Shown here: positions 37,802-47,963 of the stretch, in pieces
Numbering within the stretch: the stretch's first letter is position 1
How the letters are laid out: each line of letters starts with the position of its first letter
Assembly (NCBI GenBank): GCA_963716255.1
Contig: OY970303.1
Location: 7,328,001 to 7,392,000, forward strand
DNA length: 64,000 nt
From: an uncultured Gemmatimonadales bacterium
GTDB lineage: Bacteria > Gemmatimonadota > Gemmatimonadetes > Longimicrobiales > Longimicrobiaceae
Direction of reading: 5' to 3'
Notes under the pieces: generated by a model
The model's input: only the letters and a program-made list of their open reading frames with translations
What the model was told of the DNA's origin: nothing
The model's database searches: none
Made by a program: the position numbers and the translations under genes

Positions 37802-40800
37802 ATGGCATTCTGTCGTTCATTCTTCCCGGCGCTGCTGGCGTGCCTGTTGTGGGCCGCGCAGCTCGGCGCGCAGGGCCCCACCGGGACGATCGCGGGGCGG
37901 GTGGTCGCCGGGGCCGCCCAGCAGCCGCTCTCCGGTGCGGTGGTCACGGTCTCGGGGAGCGGCGCCCGCGCCGTCACCGGCGCCGACGGGCGCTACTCCA
38001 TCGCCGGGGTGGCGCCGGGGAGCCACCAGGTGACCGCCTCGCTCCTGGGCCACGCCCCGGAGACCCGCACCGTCGCCGTGCTGGCCGGCCAGCAGGCGGT
38101 GGCCGACTTCCAGCTGCAGCAGTCCGCGCTGGCGCTTGAAGGGCTCACGGTGGCGATCGGCTACGGCGAGCAGGAGGCGCGCGACGTCACCGGCGCCGTC
38201 GCCACGATCACGCCGGAGGAGTTCAACACCGGGCGCGTGGTCAGCGCCGAGCAGCTCATCCAGGGCAAGGTCGCCGGCGTGCAGGTGATCGACACCGGCG
38301 AGCCGGGCGGCGGCATCAACCTCCGCGTCCGCGGCGGCACCTCCGTCACCAGCAGCAACGAGCCGCTGTACGTGGTGGACGGCGTCCCGCTCCCCGTGGG
38401 CGGCGGGCTCTCCGCCGGGCGCAACCCGCTCAACTTCCTCAGCCCGCAGGACATCGAGAGCGTCACCGTGCTCAAGGACGCCTCGTCCACCGCCATCTAC
38501 GGGTCGCGCGGCGCCAACGGCGTGGTGATCATCACCACCCGCTCCGGGGCGCGGCAGGGCCCCTCGGTGACGTACAGCGGCTCCGTCTCCACCTCCACGG
38601 TCACCCGCAGGCCCGAGATGCTGTCGGCCGAGCAGTTCCGCGCCGTGGTCCAGGAGCGGGTCCCGTCGGCGCTTCCCGGGATCGGCAACGCCAGCACGGA
38701 CTGGTACGGCGCCCTGCTCCGCGACGCGGTGGGCCAGGAGCACAACGCCAGCGTGTCCGGGGCGGGGGAGAACATGAACTACCGCCTTTCGCTGGGCTAT
38801 CTGGACCAGGACGGAGTGGTGCTTGGCTCCGGGACCGAGCGCATCTCGGCGGCGCTCAACTACAACCACGTGCTCCTGAACGACCGCCTGAGCGTGCGCG
38901 CCAACATGCGCGGCGCCCGCACCGACGACCGCTTCACCCCGGGCGGCGTGCTCGGCGACGCGCTCCGCTTCGCCCCCACCCAGCCCATCGTGGCGAACAC
39001 GCCCACCGGGTTCTTCGAGTGGACGGGCTCCTCGCTGAGCCCCAACAACCCCGTGGCGGCGCTGGAGCTGGCGCAGGAGGACGGACGCACCTACCGCGGC
39101 ATCGGCGGCATCGAGGCACAGTACCAGCTCCCGTTCCTGTCCGGCCTGTCCGCCACCTCGCGGCTGGGCTTCGACGTCGCCTCCTCCGAGCGGCGGACGT
39201 TCAACCCCACGATCCAGCAGTCGCAGGTGGAGAGCAGCCAGCCGGGGTACTTCAGCCGCTCCACGCCCACCGAGACCAACGGCGTGCTCGACGCGTACCT
39301 GAACTACACCACCCGGCTGGACCGCTGGGCCAGCGACGTGGACGCCACCGCCGGCTACTCGTACGAGTCGTTCACCGGCGAGTCGCCCTTCATCGAGGCG
39401 CGCGGGCTGGCCACCGACCTGCTCGGGCCCGACGGCATCCCCACGGCGGAGAACGTGTCGCCGCGCATCGACAACGTGCGGGAAAGCCGCCTGGCCTCGT
39501 TCTTCGGCCGCGTCAACTACAGCCTCCTGGACCGCTACCTGCTCACGCTCAGCGTGCGCCGCGACGGCTCGTCGCGCTTCGGTCCGGACAACCAGTGGGG
39601 CACCTTCCCGTCGGCCGCGCTGGGGTGGCGGGTGTCGCAGGAGCCGTTCATGCAGGGGATCGGCTGGCTCTCGGAGCTGAAGCTGCGCGCCTCCTGGGGC
39701 GTCAACGGCAACCAGTCGTTCGGCGACTACCTGTGGATCTCGTCCTACCGCACCGGCGACGCCCAGTCTCAGGTGCAGTTCGGCGACGAGTTCGTGGGCA
39801 CCATCCGCCCCAGCGCCGTGGACCCCAACATCCGCTGGGAAGAGACCACCTCGTACAACCTGGGGCTGGACTACGGCCTGCTCGACGGCCGCTTCTCCGG
39901 CTCGCTGGAGTACTACCTCAAGGACACCGACGACCTGATCTTCCGGGTGCCGGTGGCCGCCGGGACCAACCTTTCCAACTTCGTCACCACCAACATCGGC
40001 AGCGTCAGGAACCGCGGCTTCGAGCTCAGCCTGAACGCCGCCGTCCTGGACGGAGGGCGCGGCGGCTTCCGCTGGGACGCCAACTTCAACGCCTCCACCA
40101 ACCACAACGAGCTGCTGCGCATCAACACCGCCGGCGGCAGCGAGCAGATCCTGGTGGGCGGCATCTCCGGCGGCGTGGGGAGCACCATCCAGGTCCACCA
40201 GCCCGGGTACGCGGTCAACTCGTTCCTGGTGTACCGCCACATCCGCGACTCCGGCGGCAGGCCCATCTACGCCGACGTCAACGGGGTGGACCCGGTGACC
40301 GGCAAGCTTACCGGCCGGCCGGACGGCACCATCAACGAGAACGACCTGTACCGCGACATCAACGAGGACGGCCTCATCAACCAGGCCGACCGCGCGCCCT
40401 ACGAGAACCCGGCGCCGGACTGGATCCTGGGGCACACCTCCAACTTCGGGTACGGCAACGTGGACCTGAGCTTCACGCTCCGCGCGTACCTGGGCAACTA
40501 CGTGTACAACAACGTGGCGTCCAACCGCGGCAACTTCCGCGAGCTCACCGCCACCGGCGCCCCCGAGAACCTGCACCCCTCGGCGCTCACGTACGGCTTC
40601 GCCACGCCGCAGTACTTCTCGGACGTGTACGTGGAGGACGCCTCGTTCCTGCGCATGGACAACCTGACGCTGGGCTACACCCTCCCCGAGTTCCGCGGCA
40701 TGCAGAACCTGCGCGTCTACGGGACGGTGCAGAACGTCTTCACGTCGACCGGCTACAGCGGCGTGGACCCCTCCGCGGTGGTCGCCGCGTCGGGAACCAC

Positions 40801-40879
40801 CCCGGCCGCCTTCGGGATCGACAACAACATCTACCCGCGCTCCCGGACCTTCACGGCCGGCGTCAGCGTCGGCTTCTAA
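37802..40879 (+). CDS. susC: SusC/RagA family TonB-dependent receptor
   Basis: Signal peptide; carboxypeptidase-regulatory-like N-domain; PLYVVDG, DIESVTVLKDASSTAIYGSRGANGVVIITT, RRDGSSRFG, WEET, VEDASFLR; terminal Phe. Confidence 0.95.
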   Translation: MAFCRSFFPALLACLLWAAQLGAQGPTGTIAGRVVAGAAQQPLSGAVVTVSGSGARAVTGADGRYSIAGVAPGSHQVTASLLGHAPETRTVAVLAGQQAVADFQLQQSALALEGLTVAIGYGEQEARDVTGAVATITPEEFNTGRVVSAEQLIQGKVAGVQVIDTGEPGGGINLRVRGGTSVTSSNEPLYVVDGVPLPVGGGLSAGRNPLNFLSPQDIESVTVLKDASSTAIYGSRGANGVVIITTRSGARQGPSVTYSGSVSTSTVTRRPEMLSAEQFRAVVQERVPSALPGIGNASTDWYGALLRDAVGQEHNASVSGAGENMNYRLSLGYLDQDGVVLGSGTERISAALNYNHVLLNDRLSVRANMRGARTDDRFTPGGVLGDALRFAPTQPIVANTPTGFFEWTGSSLSPNNPVAALELAQEDGRTYRGIGGIEAQYQLPFLSGLSATSRLGFDVASSERRTFNPTIQQSQVESSQPGYFSRSTPTETNGVLDAYLNYTTRLDRWASDVDATAGYSYESFTGESPFIEARGLATDLLGPDGIPTAENVSPRIDNVRESRLASFFGRVNYSLLDRYLLTLSVRRDGSSRFGPDNQWGTFPSAALGWRVSQEPFMQGIGWLSELKLRASWGVNGNQSFGDYLWISSYRTGDAQSQVQFGDEFVGTIRPSAVDPNIRWEETTSYNLGLDYGLLDGRFSGSLEYYLKDTDDLIFRVPVAAGTNLSNFVTTNIGSVRNRGFELSLNAAVLDGGRGGFRWDANFNASTNHNELLRINTAGGSEQILVGGISGGVGSTIQVHQPGYAVNSFLVYRHIRDSGGRPIYADVNGVDPVTGKLTGRPDGTINENDLYRDINEDGLINQADRAPYENPAPDWILGHTSNFGYGNVDLSFTLRAYLGNYVYNNVASNRGNFRELTATGAPENLHPSALTYGFATPQYFSDVYVEDASFLRMDNLTLGYTLPEFRGMQNLRVYGTVQNVFTSTGYSGVDPSAVVAASGTTPAAFGIDNNIYPRSRTFTAGVSVGF

Positions 40880-40893
40880 CGAGCGGAGCCATC

Positions 40894-42471
40894 ATGCAAT
40901 CCCGAGCCATCAAGACACTCGCCGCGGCGGCGCTCCTCGCGGGTCTGGGCGCCTGCACGGACATCACCACCGAGCCCAAGAGCACCGTCACCGGCGCCAA
41001 CATCTTCAGCGACACCACGTCATACCGGGCGTTCGTCGCCAAGCTTTACGCCGGGCTGGCGGTGAGCGGGCAGCAGGGCCCCTCCGGCGCCGGCGACATC
41101 GAAGGGATCGACGAGGGCTTCTCCCAGTACCTGCGCCTCATCTGGCAGATGCAGGAGCTCCCCACCGACGAGGCGGCCATCGCCTGGCAGGACGCCGGCC
41201 TCCCCGAGCTGAACACCCAGCTGTGGTCGTCGTCCAACCCGTTCCTGGGGTCGATGTACTACCGCATCTTCTTCCAGGTGACGCTGGCCAACGAGTTCCT
41301 GCGCGAGACCACCGACGAGAAGCTGGCGTCGCGCGGCGCGAGCCCCACGCTGCGGGCCACCGTCCAGCAATTCCGCGCCGAGGCGAGGTTCCTCCGCGCC
41401 CTGAGCTACTGGCACGGCATCGACCTGTTCGGCAGCGTGCCGCTGGTGCGGGAAAGCGACCCGGTCAACTCGGCCCCGCCGCAGCAGGCCACCCGCAAGC
41501 AGCTGTTCGACTACGTGGTGCAGGAGCTGGTGGAGGTGCGCGAGGCGCTGCCGGCCGCCCCGCAGTACGGGCGCGCCGGGCGGTCCGCCGCCGACATGCT
41601 TCTCGCCAAGCTGTACCTCAACGCCCAGGTGTACACCGGCGAGAACCGCTACGCCGACGCCCGCGTAGCGGCGGAGCGCGTCATCGCCGCGCAGTACCGG
41701 CTGGACGACCGCTTCCAGGACATCTTCCTGGCGGACAACCACACCTCGCCCGAGATCATCTTCCCCATCACCCAGGACGGCCTGAACACCCGCACCTTCG
41801 GCGGGATGACGTTCGTGGCCCACGCCTCGGTGGGCGGCAACGTCATGAACGCGGCGGACTACGGGCTGAACGGCGGGTGGTGGGGGCTGCGCGTGCGGCC
41901 GCAGATGGTGGCGCTGTTCCCCGGGGCCGGCCCGTCCAGTCCGGACCGGCGCTCGGCGTTCTTCTTCACCGAGGGGCAGACGCTGCAGATGGCCAGCATC
42001 TCGGACTTCACCAACGGGTACGCCGCGCCCAAGTACCGGAACATCACCTCCGCGGGGCAGCCGGGCTCCAACTCCGAGTACGTGGACATCGACTTCCCCA
42101 TGTTCCGCCTGGCGGACGCGTACCTGATGTACGCCGAGGCCGTGCTGCGCGGCGGCGGCGGGAGCCGGGCGCAGGCGCTGTCCTACGTCAACGCGCTCCG
42201 GCAGCGGGCCTACGGCAACGCGAGCGGGAACGTCACGGACGCCCAGCTCACCCTGGACTTCATCCTGGCCGAGCGCGCCCGCGAGCTGATGTGGGAGGGG
42301 CACCGCCGCACCGACCTGATCCGCTTCGACCGGTTCTCCGACAACGGCACCTGGGCGTGGAAGGGCAACGTCTCGGCGGGGCGGACCACGGAAGCCTTCC
42401 GCGACCTGTATCCGCTGCCGGCGTCCGAGCTGACCGCCAATCCCAACCTGACCCAGAACACCGGGTACTGA
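40894..42471 (+). CDS. susD: SusD/RagB family lipoprotein
   Basis: Lipobox LGAC; ELPTDE, EARFLRA, FRLADAYLMYAEA, ERARELMWEGHRRTDLIRF, NPNLTQNTGY. Confidence 0.95.
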   Translation: MQSRAIKTLAAAALLAGLGACTDITTEPKSTVTGANIFSDTTSYRAFVAKLYAGLAVSGQQGPSGAGDIEGIDEGFSQYLRLIWQMQELPTDEAAIAWQDAGLPELNTQLWSSSNPFLGSMYYRIFFQVTLANEFLRETTDEKLASRGASPTLRATVQQFRAEARFLRALSYWHGIDLFGSVPLVRESDPVNSAPPQQATRKQLFDYVVQELVEVREALPAAPQYGRAGRSAADMLLAKLYLNAQVYTGENRYADARVAAERVIAAQYRLDDRFQDIFLADNHTSPEIIFPITQDGLNTRTFGGMTFVAHASVGGNVMNAADYGLNGGWWGLRVRPQMVALFPGAGPSSPDRRSAFFFTEGQTLQMASISDFTNGYAAPKYRNITSAGQPGSNSEYVDIDFPMFRLADAYLMYAEAVLRGGGGSRAQALSYVNALRQRAYGNASGNVTDAQLTLDFILAERARELMWEGHRRTDLIRFDRFSDNGTWAWKGNVSAGRTTEAFRDLYPLPASELTANPNLTQNTGY

Positions 42472-42493
42472 TACGGCTTTTGACGGCAGGGTT

Positions 42494-42792
42494 GGGCGTG
42501 TCCCCGGCTGGCGCCGGGGTCGGGCTTCGGCTCCGCAGGGCTGCAAACAACGCAGCCCAACGGAGTCGAGCCCCGACGATACTGCTGTCGGGTCTCGCCC
42601 CTCCGGGCCGGAATCCCTCACGCGGGGCTCGCGCTGGCGTCCGCTGGTGTGGTCCCCCTCACCCCCCGGCCCCCTCTCCCCCGCAAGCGGGGGAAAGGGG
42701 GAGCACGACAACGACACACCGAGGCGGAGGCTCAGGAAGCCCTCCCCCAGAATTGGGGGAGGGTGGCGGCTCTAAGGCCGCCGGGTGGGGGC
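42494..42792 (+). repeat. Structured repeat, full copy 3 (42494-42624), plus REP-like palindromes (42654-42792)
   Basis: Same architecture as 25622-25925; lies inside the sus operon between susD and the GH97 gene. Confidence 0.9.
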
Positions 42793-42930
42793 CGGCGGGG
42801 CGCTCCGCAGCCAGCGTTTAGGGGAAGTTCTTCCTGCAGCTCCGCCGCCGTCGCGGCGGGGCTGCAGGGCGTTCGGGGAGGGATGCGCGGCGGCGCGCGC
42901 CGCAACGACAGACACACGAGGAGAGCGTCG

Positions 42931-44976
42931 ATGCACCGAAGTCTGCGGTTCCTGGCCCGCGCGCTGGCGCTCGCGGCCGTGCTCGCCGCCGCCCCGGCGG
43001 CGGCGCAGGACACCCTGCGCGTGGCCTCGCCGGACGGGCGCAACGCGGTGGTGGTGGCGGTGCACGAGGGCGGGCTGTACTACGGCGTGCGGCGCGACGG
43101 CAGGAACGTGCTGCTTCCCTCGCGGCTGGGCTTCGCCTTCCGCGGCGCCGATTCGCTGTACTCCGGGCTGCGCGTCACGGGCGCCTCGCGCGCCTCGCGG
43201 GACCAGTCGTGGACGCAGCCGTGGGGGGAGGTGGCGCGGGTGCGCGACCAGCACAACGAGCTGCGCGTCCACGTGGCCGAGACGCGGGCGCCGGGGCGGC
43301 GCTTCGCGGTGGTGTTCCGCGCCTTCGACGACGGCGTGGGGTTCCGCTACGAAGTGGCGGACAGCGGCGGCTTCCGCGACTTCGAGATGATGGAGGAGCT
43401 GACCGAGTTCGCGCTCGCCGACAACGGCCGCGCCTGGTGGATCCCCGGCAACCAGCCCGAGCCGGACCGGCAGGAGATCCTGTACTCCTCGTCGCCCGTC
43501 AGCCGCGTGGACACGGCCCACACGCCGTTCACCGTGCAGACCACGGGCGGCACCCTGGTGGTCATCCACGAGGCCGACCTGGTGGACTACGCCGGGATGT
43601 ACCTGGCGCGCACCGCCAACCGGACGCTGCGGACCACGCTGGCGCGCTGGGCGGACGGGGTGGCCGTGCGCGGGCGGGCGCCCTTCGCCACGCCGTGGCG
43701 GACCATCCAGCTCGCCGACCGCCCGGAGGACCTGGTTCCTTCCGTGCTCGGGCTCAAGCTGAATCCGCCCAGCCGCATCGAGGACACGGGCTGGATCACG
43801 CCCATGAAGTACAACGGCGTGTGGTGGGGGATGCACATCAACACGGAAACCTGGGGGCAGGGGCCCAAGCACGGCGCCAGGACGGAGAACGTCAAGCGGT
43901 ACATGGACTTCGCGGCGGCGAACGGGCTGGGTGGCACGCTGGTGGAGGGGTGGAACACGGGGTGGGACGAGGACTGGTTCAACACCATGCGGGCCACCTT
44001 CTCCTTCACGCAGCCGTACCCGGACTTCGACCTCCCGGGGCTCGCCGCCTACGCCCGCGGCAAGGGGATGACCCTCATCGGCCACCATGAGACGGCGACC
44101 AAGATCGACAACTACGAGCGCCAGCTGGACTCGGCCATGGCGCTGTACCGCCGCGTGGGGGTGAGGGCCGTCAAGACCGGCTACGTGGGCGACCGCACCG
44201 AGCACGGCCACGCGCACCAGGGGCAGTTCATGGTGCGCCACCACCGGCGGGTGATCGAGACGGCGGCCAGGTACGGGATCATGGTCAACGTCCACGAGCC
44301 CATCAAGGACACCGGCGAGCGCCGCACCTGGCCCAACATGCTGTCGCGCGAGGGCGCGCGGGGAATGGAGTACAACGCGTGGGGCGGGGAGGGCGGCAAC
44401 CCGCCCGAGCACGAGACCATCCTGTTCTTCACGCGCATGCTCGCCGGGCCCATGGACTTCACCCCGGGGATCTTCGACCTGCTCGTCCAGCGCCCCACGG
44501 GAAGGCCCCGGACCCCAGAGGAGTCGCGCCCGCGCACCACGCTCGCCAAGCAGCTCGCCCTGTACGTGGTGCTGTACTCGCCGCTGCAGATGGCGGCGGA
44601 CCTGCCGGAGAACTACGCGGGGCAGCCGGCGTTCCAGTTCATCCGCGACGTGGCGGTGGACTGGGACACCACGCGGGTGCTGCACGGCCGCATCGGCGAC
44701 TACGTGGTGGTGGCGCGCCGCCAGCGCGGCGCCGACACCTGGTTCCTGGGCGCCATCACCGACGAGGAGGCCCGCAGCTTCGACGTGCCGCTGTCGTTCC
44801 TCCCGGCCGGCCGCCGCTACGTGGCCGAGGTCTACGCCGACGGGCCGGGCGCCCACTGGCGCGACGACCCGCTCCCCGTCGCCATCCGCCGGCAGGAGGT
44901 GACCGCGGCCACCACCCTGAAGATCGAGATGGCGCCGGGCGGCGGGCAGGCCGTCCGCATCCGCCCGGCGCCGTAG
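42931..44976 (+). CDS. susB: Glycoside hydrolase family 97 (SusB-like alpha-glucosidase)
   Basis: Signal peptide; SPDG, FDDGVGFRY, TPWRTI, GVWWGMH, LVEGWNTGW, HHET, VKTGYV, REGARGME, GPMDFTPG. Confidence 0.93.
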   Translation: MHRSLRFLARALALAAVLAAAPAAAQDTLRVASPDGRNAVVVAVHEGGLYYGVRRDGRNVLLPSRLGFAFRGADSLYSGLRVTGASRASRDQSWTQPWGEVARVRDQHNELRVHVAETRAPGRRFAVVFRAFDDGVGFRYEVADSGGFRDFEMMEELTEFALADNGRAWWIPGNQPEPDRQEILYSSSPVSRVDTAHTPFTVQTTGGTLVVIHEADLVDYAGMYLARTANRTLRTTLARWADGVAVRGRAPFATPWRTIQLADRPEDLVPSVLGLKLNPPSRIEDTGWITPMKYNGVWWGMHINTETWGQGPKHGARTENVKRYMDFAAANGLGGTLVEGWNTGWDEDWFNTMRATFSFTQPYPDFDLPGLAAYARGKGMTLIGHHETATKIDNYERQLDSAMALYRRVGVRAVKTGYVGDRTEHGHAHQGQFMVRHHRRVIETAARYGIMVNVHEPIKDTGERRTWPNMLSREGARGMEYNAWGGEGGNPPEHETILFFTRMLAGPMDFTPGIFDLLVQRPTGRPRTPEESRPRTTLAKQLALYVVLYSPLQMAADLPENYAGQPAFQFIRDVAVDWDTTRVLHGRIGDYVVVARRQRGADTWFLGAITDEEARSFDVPLSFLPAGRRYVAEVYADGPGAHWRDDPLPVAIRRQEVTAATTLKIEMAPGGGQAVRIRPAP

Positions 44977-45031
44977 GCCGCGGACCGCCCGCCGAACGAA
45001 AGACTTGTCAACACTCCAGCGGATCACGACC

Positions 45032-46450
45032 ATGAGAACAGCACTCCTTGCCGCGGCCATGCCGCTGGCCCTCCTGGCCTGCCGGGCCGAGCCGGCGGCC
45101 CGCACCGCCGCGGCGGACACCGCGCTCGCGGCGGCCCCCGGCGCCCCGACGCCGGCCGACACCGCCTTCTACCCGGCGTGGTCGCGCGGCGCGGCGATCT
45201 ACGAGGTCAACGTGCGGCAGTTCACGCCGGAGGGGACCTTCGCGGCGCTGGAGCGGCATCTCCCGCGGCTGGACAGCCTGGGGGTGGACATCCTCTGGCT
45301 GATGCCGGTGCAGCCCATCGGCGTCAAGAACCGCAAGGGCGGGCTGGGGAGCTACTACTCCATCCGCGACTACACCGCCGTCAACCCCGAGTACGGCAGC
45401 GAGGCCGATTTCCGGCACTTCGTGGACGCCGCGCACCGGCAGGGGATGCGGGTGATCCTGGACTGGGTGGCGAACCACACCTCGCACGACCACGCGTGGA
45501 CCGTGGAGCACAAGGACTGGTACACGCTGCGCCCGGACGGCTCCATCTCCAACCCGCTGGACCAGCAGGGAAAGGAGACCGACTGGACCGACGTGGCCGA
45601 GCTGAACTACGGCAGCGCCGACATGCGCCGCGCCATGCTCGCCGAGATGCGCTGGTGGGTGGACAGCATGAAGGTGGACGGCTTCCGCGCCGACGTCGCC
45701 TGGGGGGTGCCGTACGACTTCTGGGCCGAGATGCGCCGCGAGATGACCGCGGCGCGCCCCGACCTGTTCCTGCTGGCGGAGGCGGAGGACCCCCGGCTGC
45801 ACGAGTCCTTCCACGCGACCTACGCCTGGGAGCTGCACCACCTCCTCAACGAGATCGCGAAGGGGACGAAGGGGACCGGCGAGCTGGACCGCTACTTCGC
45901 CAGGGAGGACAGCGCGTACCCGCCCGGCGCGTACCGCATGTCCTTCACCAGCAACCACGACGAGAACAGCTGGCAGGGGACGGAGTTCGAGCGGATGGGC
46001 GCGAACCACGCCCCCGCATTCGTGCTGAGCGCCACGCTGGACAACTCCATCCCGCTCGTCTACACGGGCCAGGAGGCCAGCCTGAACAGGCGGCTGCGCT
46101 TCTTCGACAAGGACACGGTGAGCTGGAGCGGCCCGTCGCTGGCGCCCTTCTACACGGCGATGCTCGACCTCAAGGAGCGGCAGCCGGCGCTGGCGAACGG
46201 GCCGTGGGGAGGCGACCAGGCCGTGCTCCGCACGGACGGCGGGGACCGCGTCTACGCCTTCACCCGCACCCGGGGGGCGAACACGGTGCTGGTCGCCGTA
46301 AACTTCGGCGACGCCCCGGCGCGCGTGGCCTACCGGGGGCTGGCGCGGCCGGGCGCGTTCACGGACTGGTTCAGCCGGGCGCCGGTCCAGCTCGCCGCGG
46401 AGGGGAGCCTGGAGATCCCGGCGCACGGATACCGGGTGATGGTGCGGTAG
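45032..46450 (+). CDS. GH13 alpha-amylase family lipoprotein
   Basis: Lipobox LLAC; IYEVNVRQ, DWVANH, DGFRADVA, LAEA, SNHD. Confidence 0.93.
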   Translation: MRTALLAAAMPLALLACRAEPAARTAAADTALAAAPGAPTPADTAFYPAWSRGAAIYEVNVRQFTPEGTFAALERHLPRLDSLGVDILWLMPVQPIGVKNRKGGLGSYYSIRDYTAVNPEYGSEADFRHFVDAAHRQGMRVILDWVANHTSHDHAWTVEHKDWYTLRPDGSISNPLDQQGKETDWTDVAELNYGSADMRRAMLAEMRWWVDSMKVDGFRADVAWGVPYDFWAEMRREMTAARPDLFLLAEAEDPRLHESFHATYAWELHHLLNEIAKGTKGTGELDRYFAREDSAYPPGAYRMSFTSNHDENSWQGTEFERMGANHAPAFVLSATLDNSIPLVYTGQEASLNRRLRFFDKDTVSWSGPSLAPFYTAMLDLKERQPALANGPWGGDQAVLRTDGGDRVYAFTRTRGANTVLVAVNFGDAPARVAYRGLARPGAFTDWFSRAPVQLAAEGSLEIPAHGYRVMVR

Positions 46451-46613
46451 CCGGCCCGGGGGAACCCGGTCCCGCCGGCTCCGCGTGCCGGGCCGGAGCG
46501 ATCCGCTCCGGCCGCCGGGTCCCGCGGATGGGAAATCGGGGGGCGGTGGTCGTCCAATCCATGACGGCCGCCGCCGCCCGGGCGGGACCACACGTTCAAC
46601 CGGTGGAGGTCTT

Positions 46614-47639
46614 ATGTCCCAGAGAGAGGAGCTGTACCGCGAAGCGCTCGCCAGGATCCAGGAGGAGGCGAGGGCGGCCCTTTCCGGCGGAGGCGACCCG
46701 TACGACGGGGGCGACGGCACCGGCGGGGAGGATGGCTGGGACGACTCGGGCCACGACCACTACGAGGAGGACTACCCCATCCACGTCTGCACGCCCAAGT
46801 CGGTCCCCAAGCACCTGCTGGTGGAAGCGGCCATGAAGGCGGTGGAGATCAACCCGGTGAACGCGCCGCTGATGGGGCCCGTGGACGCCGTGGCGAGGAA
46901 CTTCTTTTCCGACCCGCTGCGGATCGCCGTGGTCACCGCCAAGTACTGGGGGCCGCAACCCCGCCGCCTCACGGTGAGCTTCATGGAGTCCACCCCGGCC
47001 GACCTGCGCGCCCGCATCCTGGAGCACATGAACGCGTGGTCCCGGCGCGGCGGCGTGCGCTTCGTGGAGACGCGGGAGGCGGGGCAGGTGCGCATCTCCC
47101 GCGAGGGCGAGGGCTACTGGTCGTACCTGGGGACGGACATCCTGCTGCGCCCCCGCCACCTCCCCACCATGAACCTGCAGGGCTTCACCATGCGCACGCC
47201 GGAAAGCGAGTACCGGCGCGTGGTGCGGCATGAGGCGGGGCACACGCTGGGCTTCCCGCACGAGCACATGCGCCGCGACCTGGTGGCGCGGATCGACAGG
47301 GCGAAGGCGTACGCGTACTTCGCGCGCACCCAGGGATGGAGCCGCCAGATGGTGGACGCCCAGGTGCTCACGCCGCTGGACGAGCGGACCATCATGTCCA
47401 CGCCCGCCGACCAGACCTCCATCATGTGCTACCAGCTCCCCGGCAGCATCACCCGCGACGGGCGGCCCATCGTGGGCGGGCTGGACGTCAACGAGACGGA
47501 CCACGCCTTCGTGGCGCGCATCTACCCGCAGCCCAGCCCGGGGCGCGTGCAGCTCTTCGCGGAGGACGGCGGCACCCGGGACGCGGCCCCCGCCGCCCCC
47601 CCCGCGGACGAGTGGGACCAGGCGTTCCAGCTCGCCTGA
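46614..47639 (+). CDS. M12 (astacin/metzincin-like) zinc metallopeptidase, no signal peptide
   Basis: HEAGHTLGFPHEH zinc motif and SIMCY Met-turn; GYWSYLGTD; GGAGG RBS; acidic N-terminus. Confidence 0.9.
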   Translation: MSQREELYREALARIQEEARAALSGGGDPYDGGDGTGGEDGWDDSGHDHYEEDYPIHVCTPKSVPKHLLVEAAMKAVEINPVNAPLMGPVDAVARNFFSDPLRIAVVTAKYWGPQPRRLTVSFMESTPADLRARILEHMNAWSRRGGVRFVETREAGQVRISREGEGYWSYLGTDILLRPRHLPTMNLQGFTMRTPESEYRRVVRHEAGHTLGFPHEHMRRDLVARIDRAKAYAYFARTQGWSRQMVDAQVLTPLDERTIMSTPADQTSIMCYQLPGSITRDGRPIVGGLDVNETDHAFVARIYPQPSPGRVQLFAEDGGTRDAAPAAPPADEWDQAFQLA

Positions 47640-47700
47640 CCCGGAAGCCGCGCGAAACCGGCTCTTCGCGCCATCCGCGAGGCGCCGAAGGCGAAAATGC

Positions 47701-47901
47701 CGTGCAGTTCTCCCCCTTTCCCCCGCTTGCGGGGGAAGGGGGCCCACTCCAGTGGACGCCAGCGCGATGCCCGCGTGAGGGATTCCGGCCCGAAGGGGCG
47801 AGACCGCGCGGCTGTTTGCGCGGGCTCGACTCCGTTAGCCCGCGTTGTTTGCGGGCTTACGGAGCCGAAGCCCGACCCCGGCGCCAGCCGGGGGCACGCC
47901 C
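47701..47901 (-). repeat. Structured repeat, full copy 4 (47772-47901), plus a partial REP-like palindrome
   Basis: Reverse complement matches; variable stem AGCCCGC-AAACAAC-GCGGGCT. Confidence 0.9.
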
Positions 47902-47963
47902 AAACCGTGATTTTCCGACCCGATACAACCGGACCTGGATACGATCCGCCCCGGAGCGCGCCC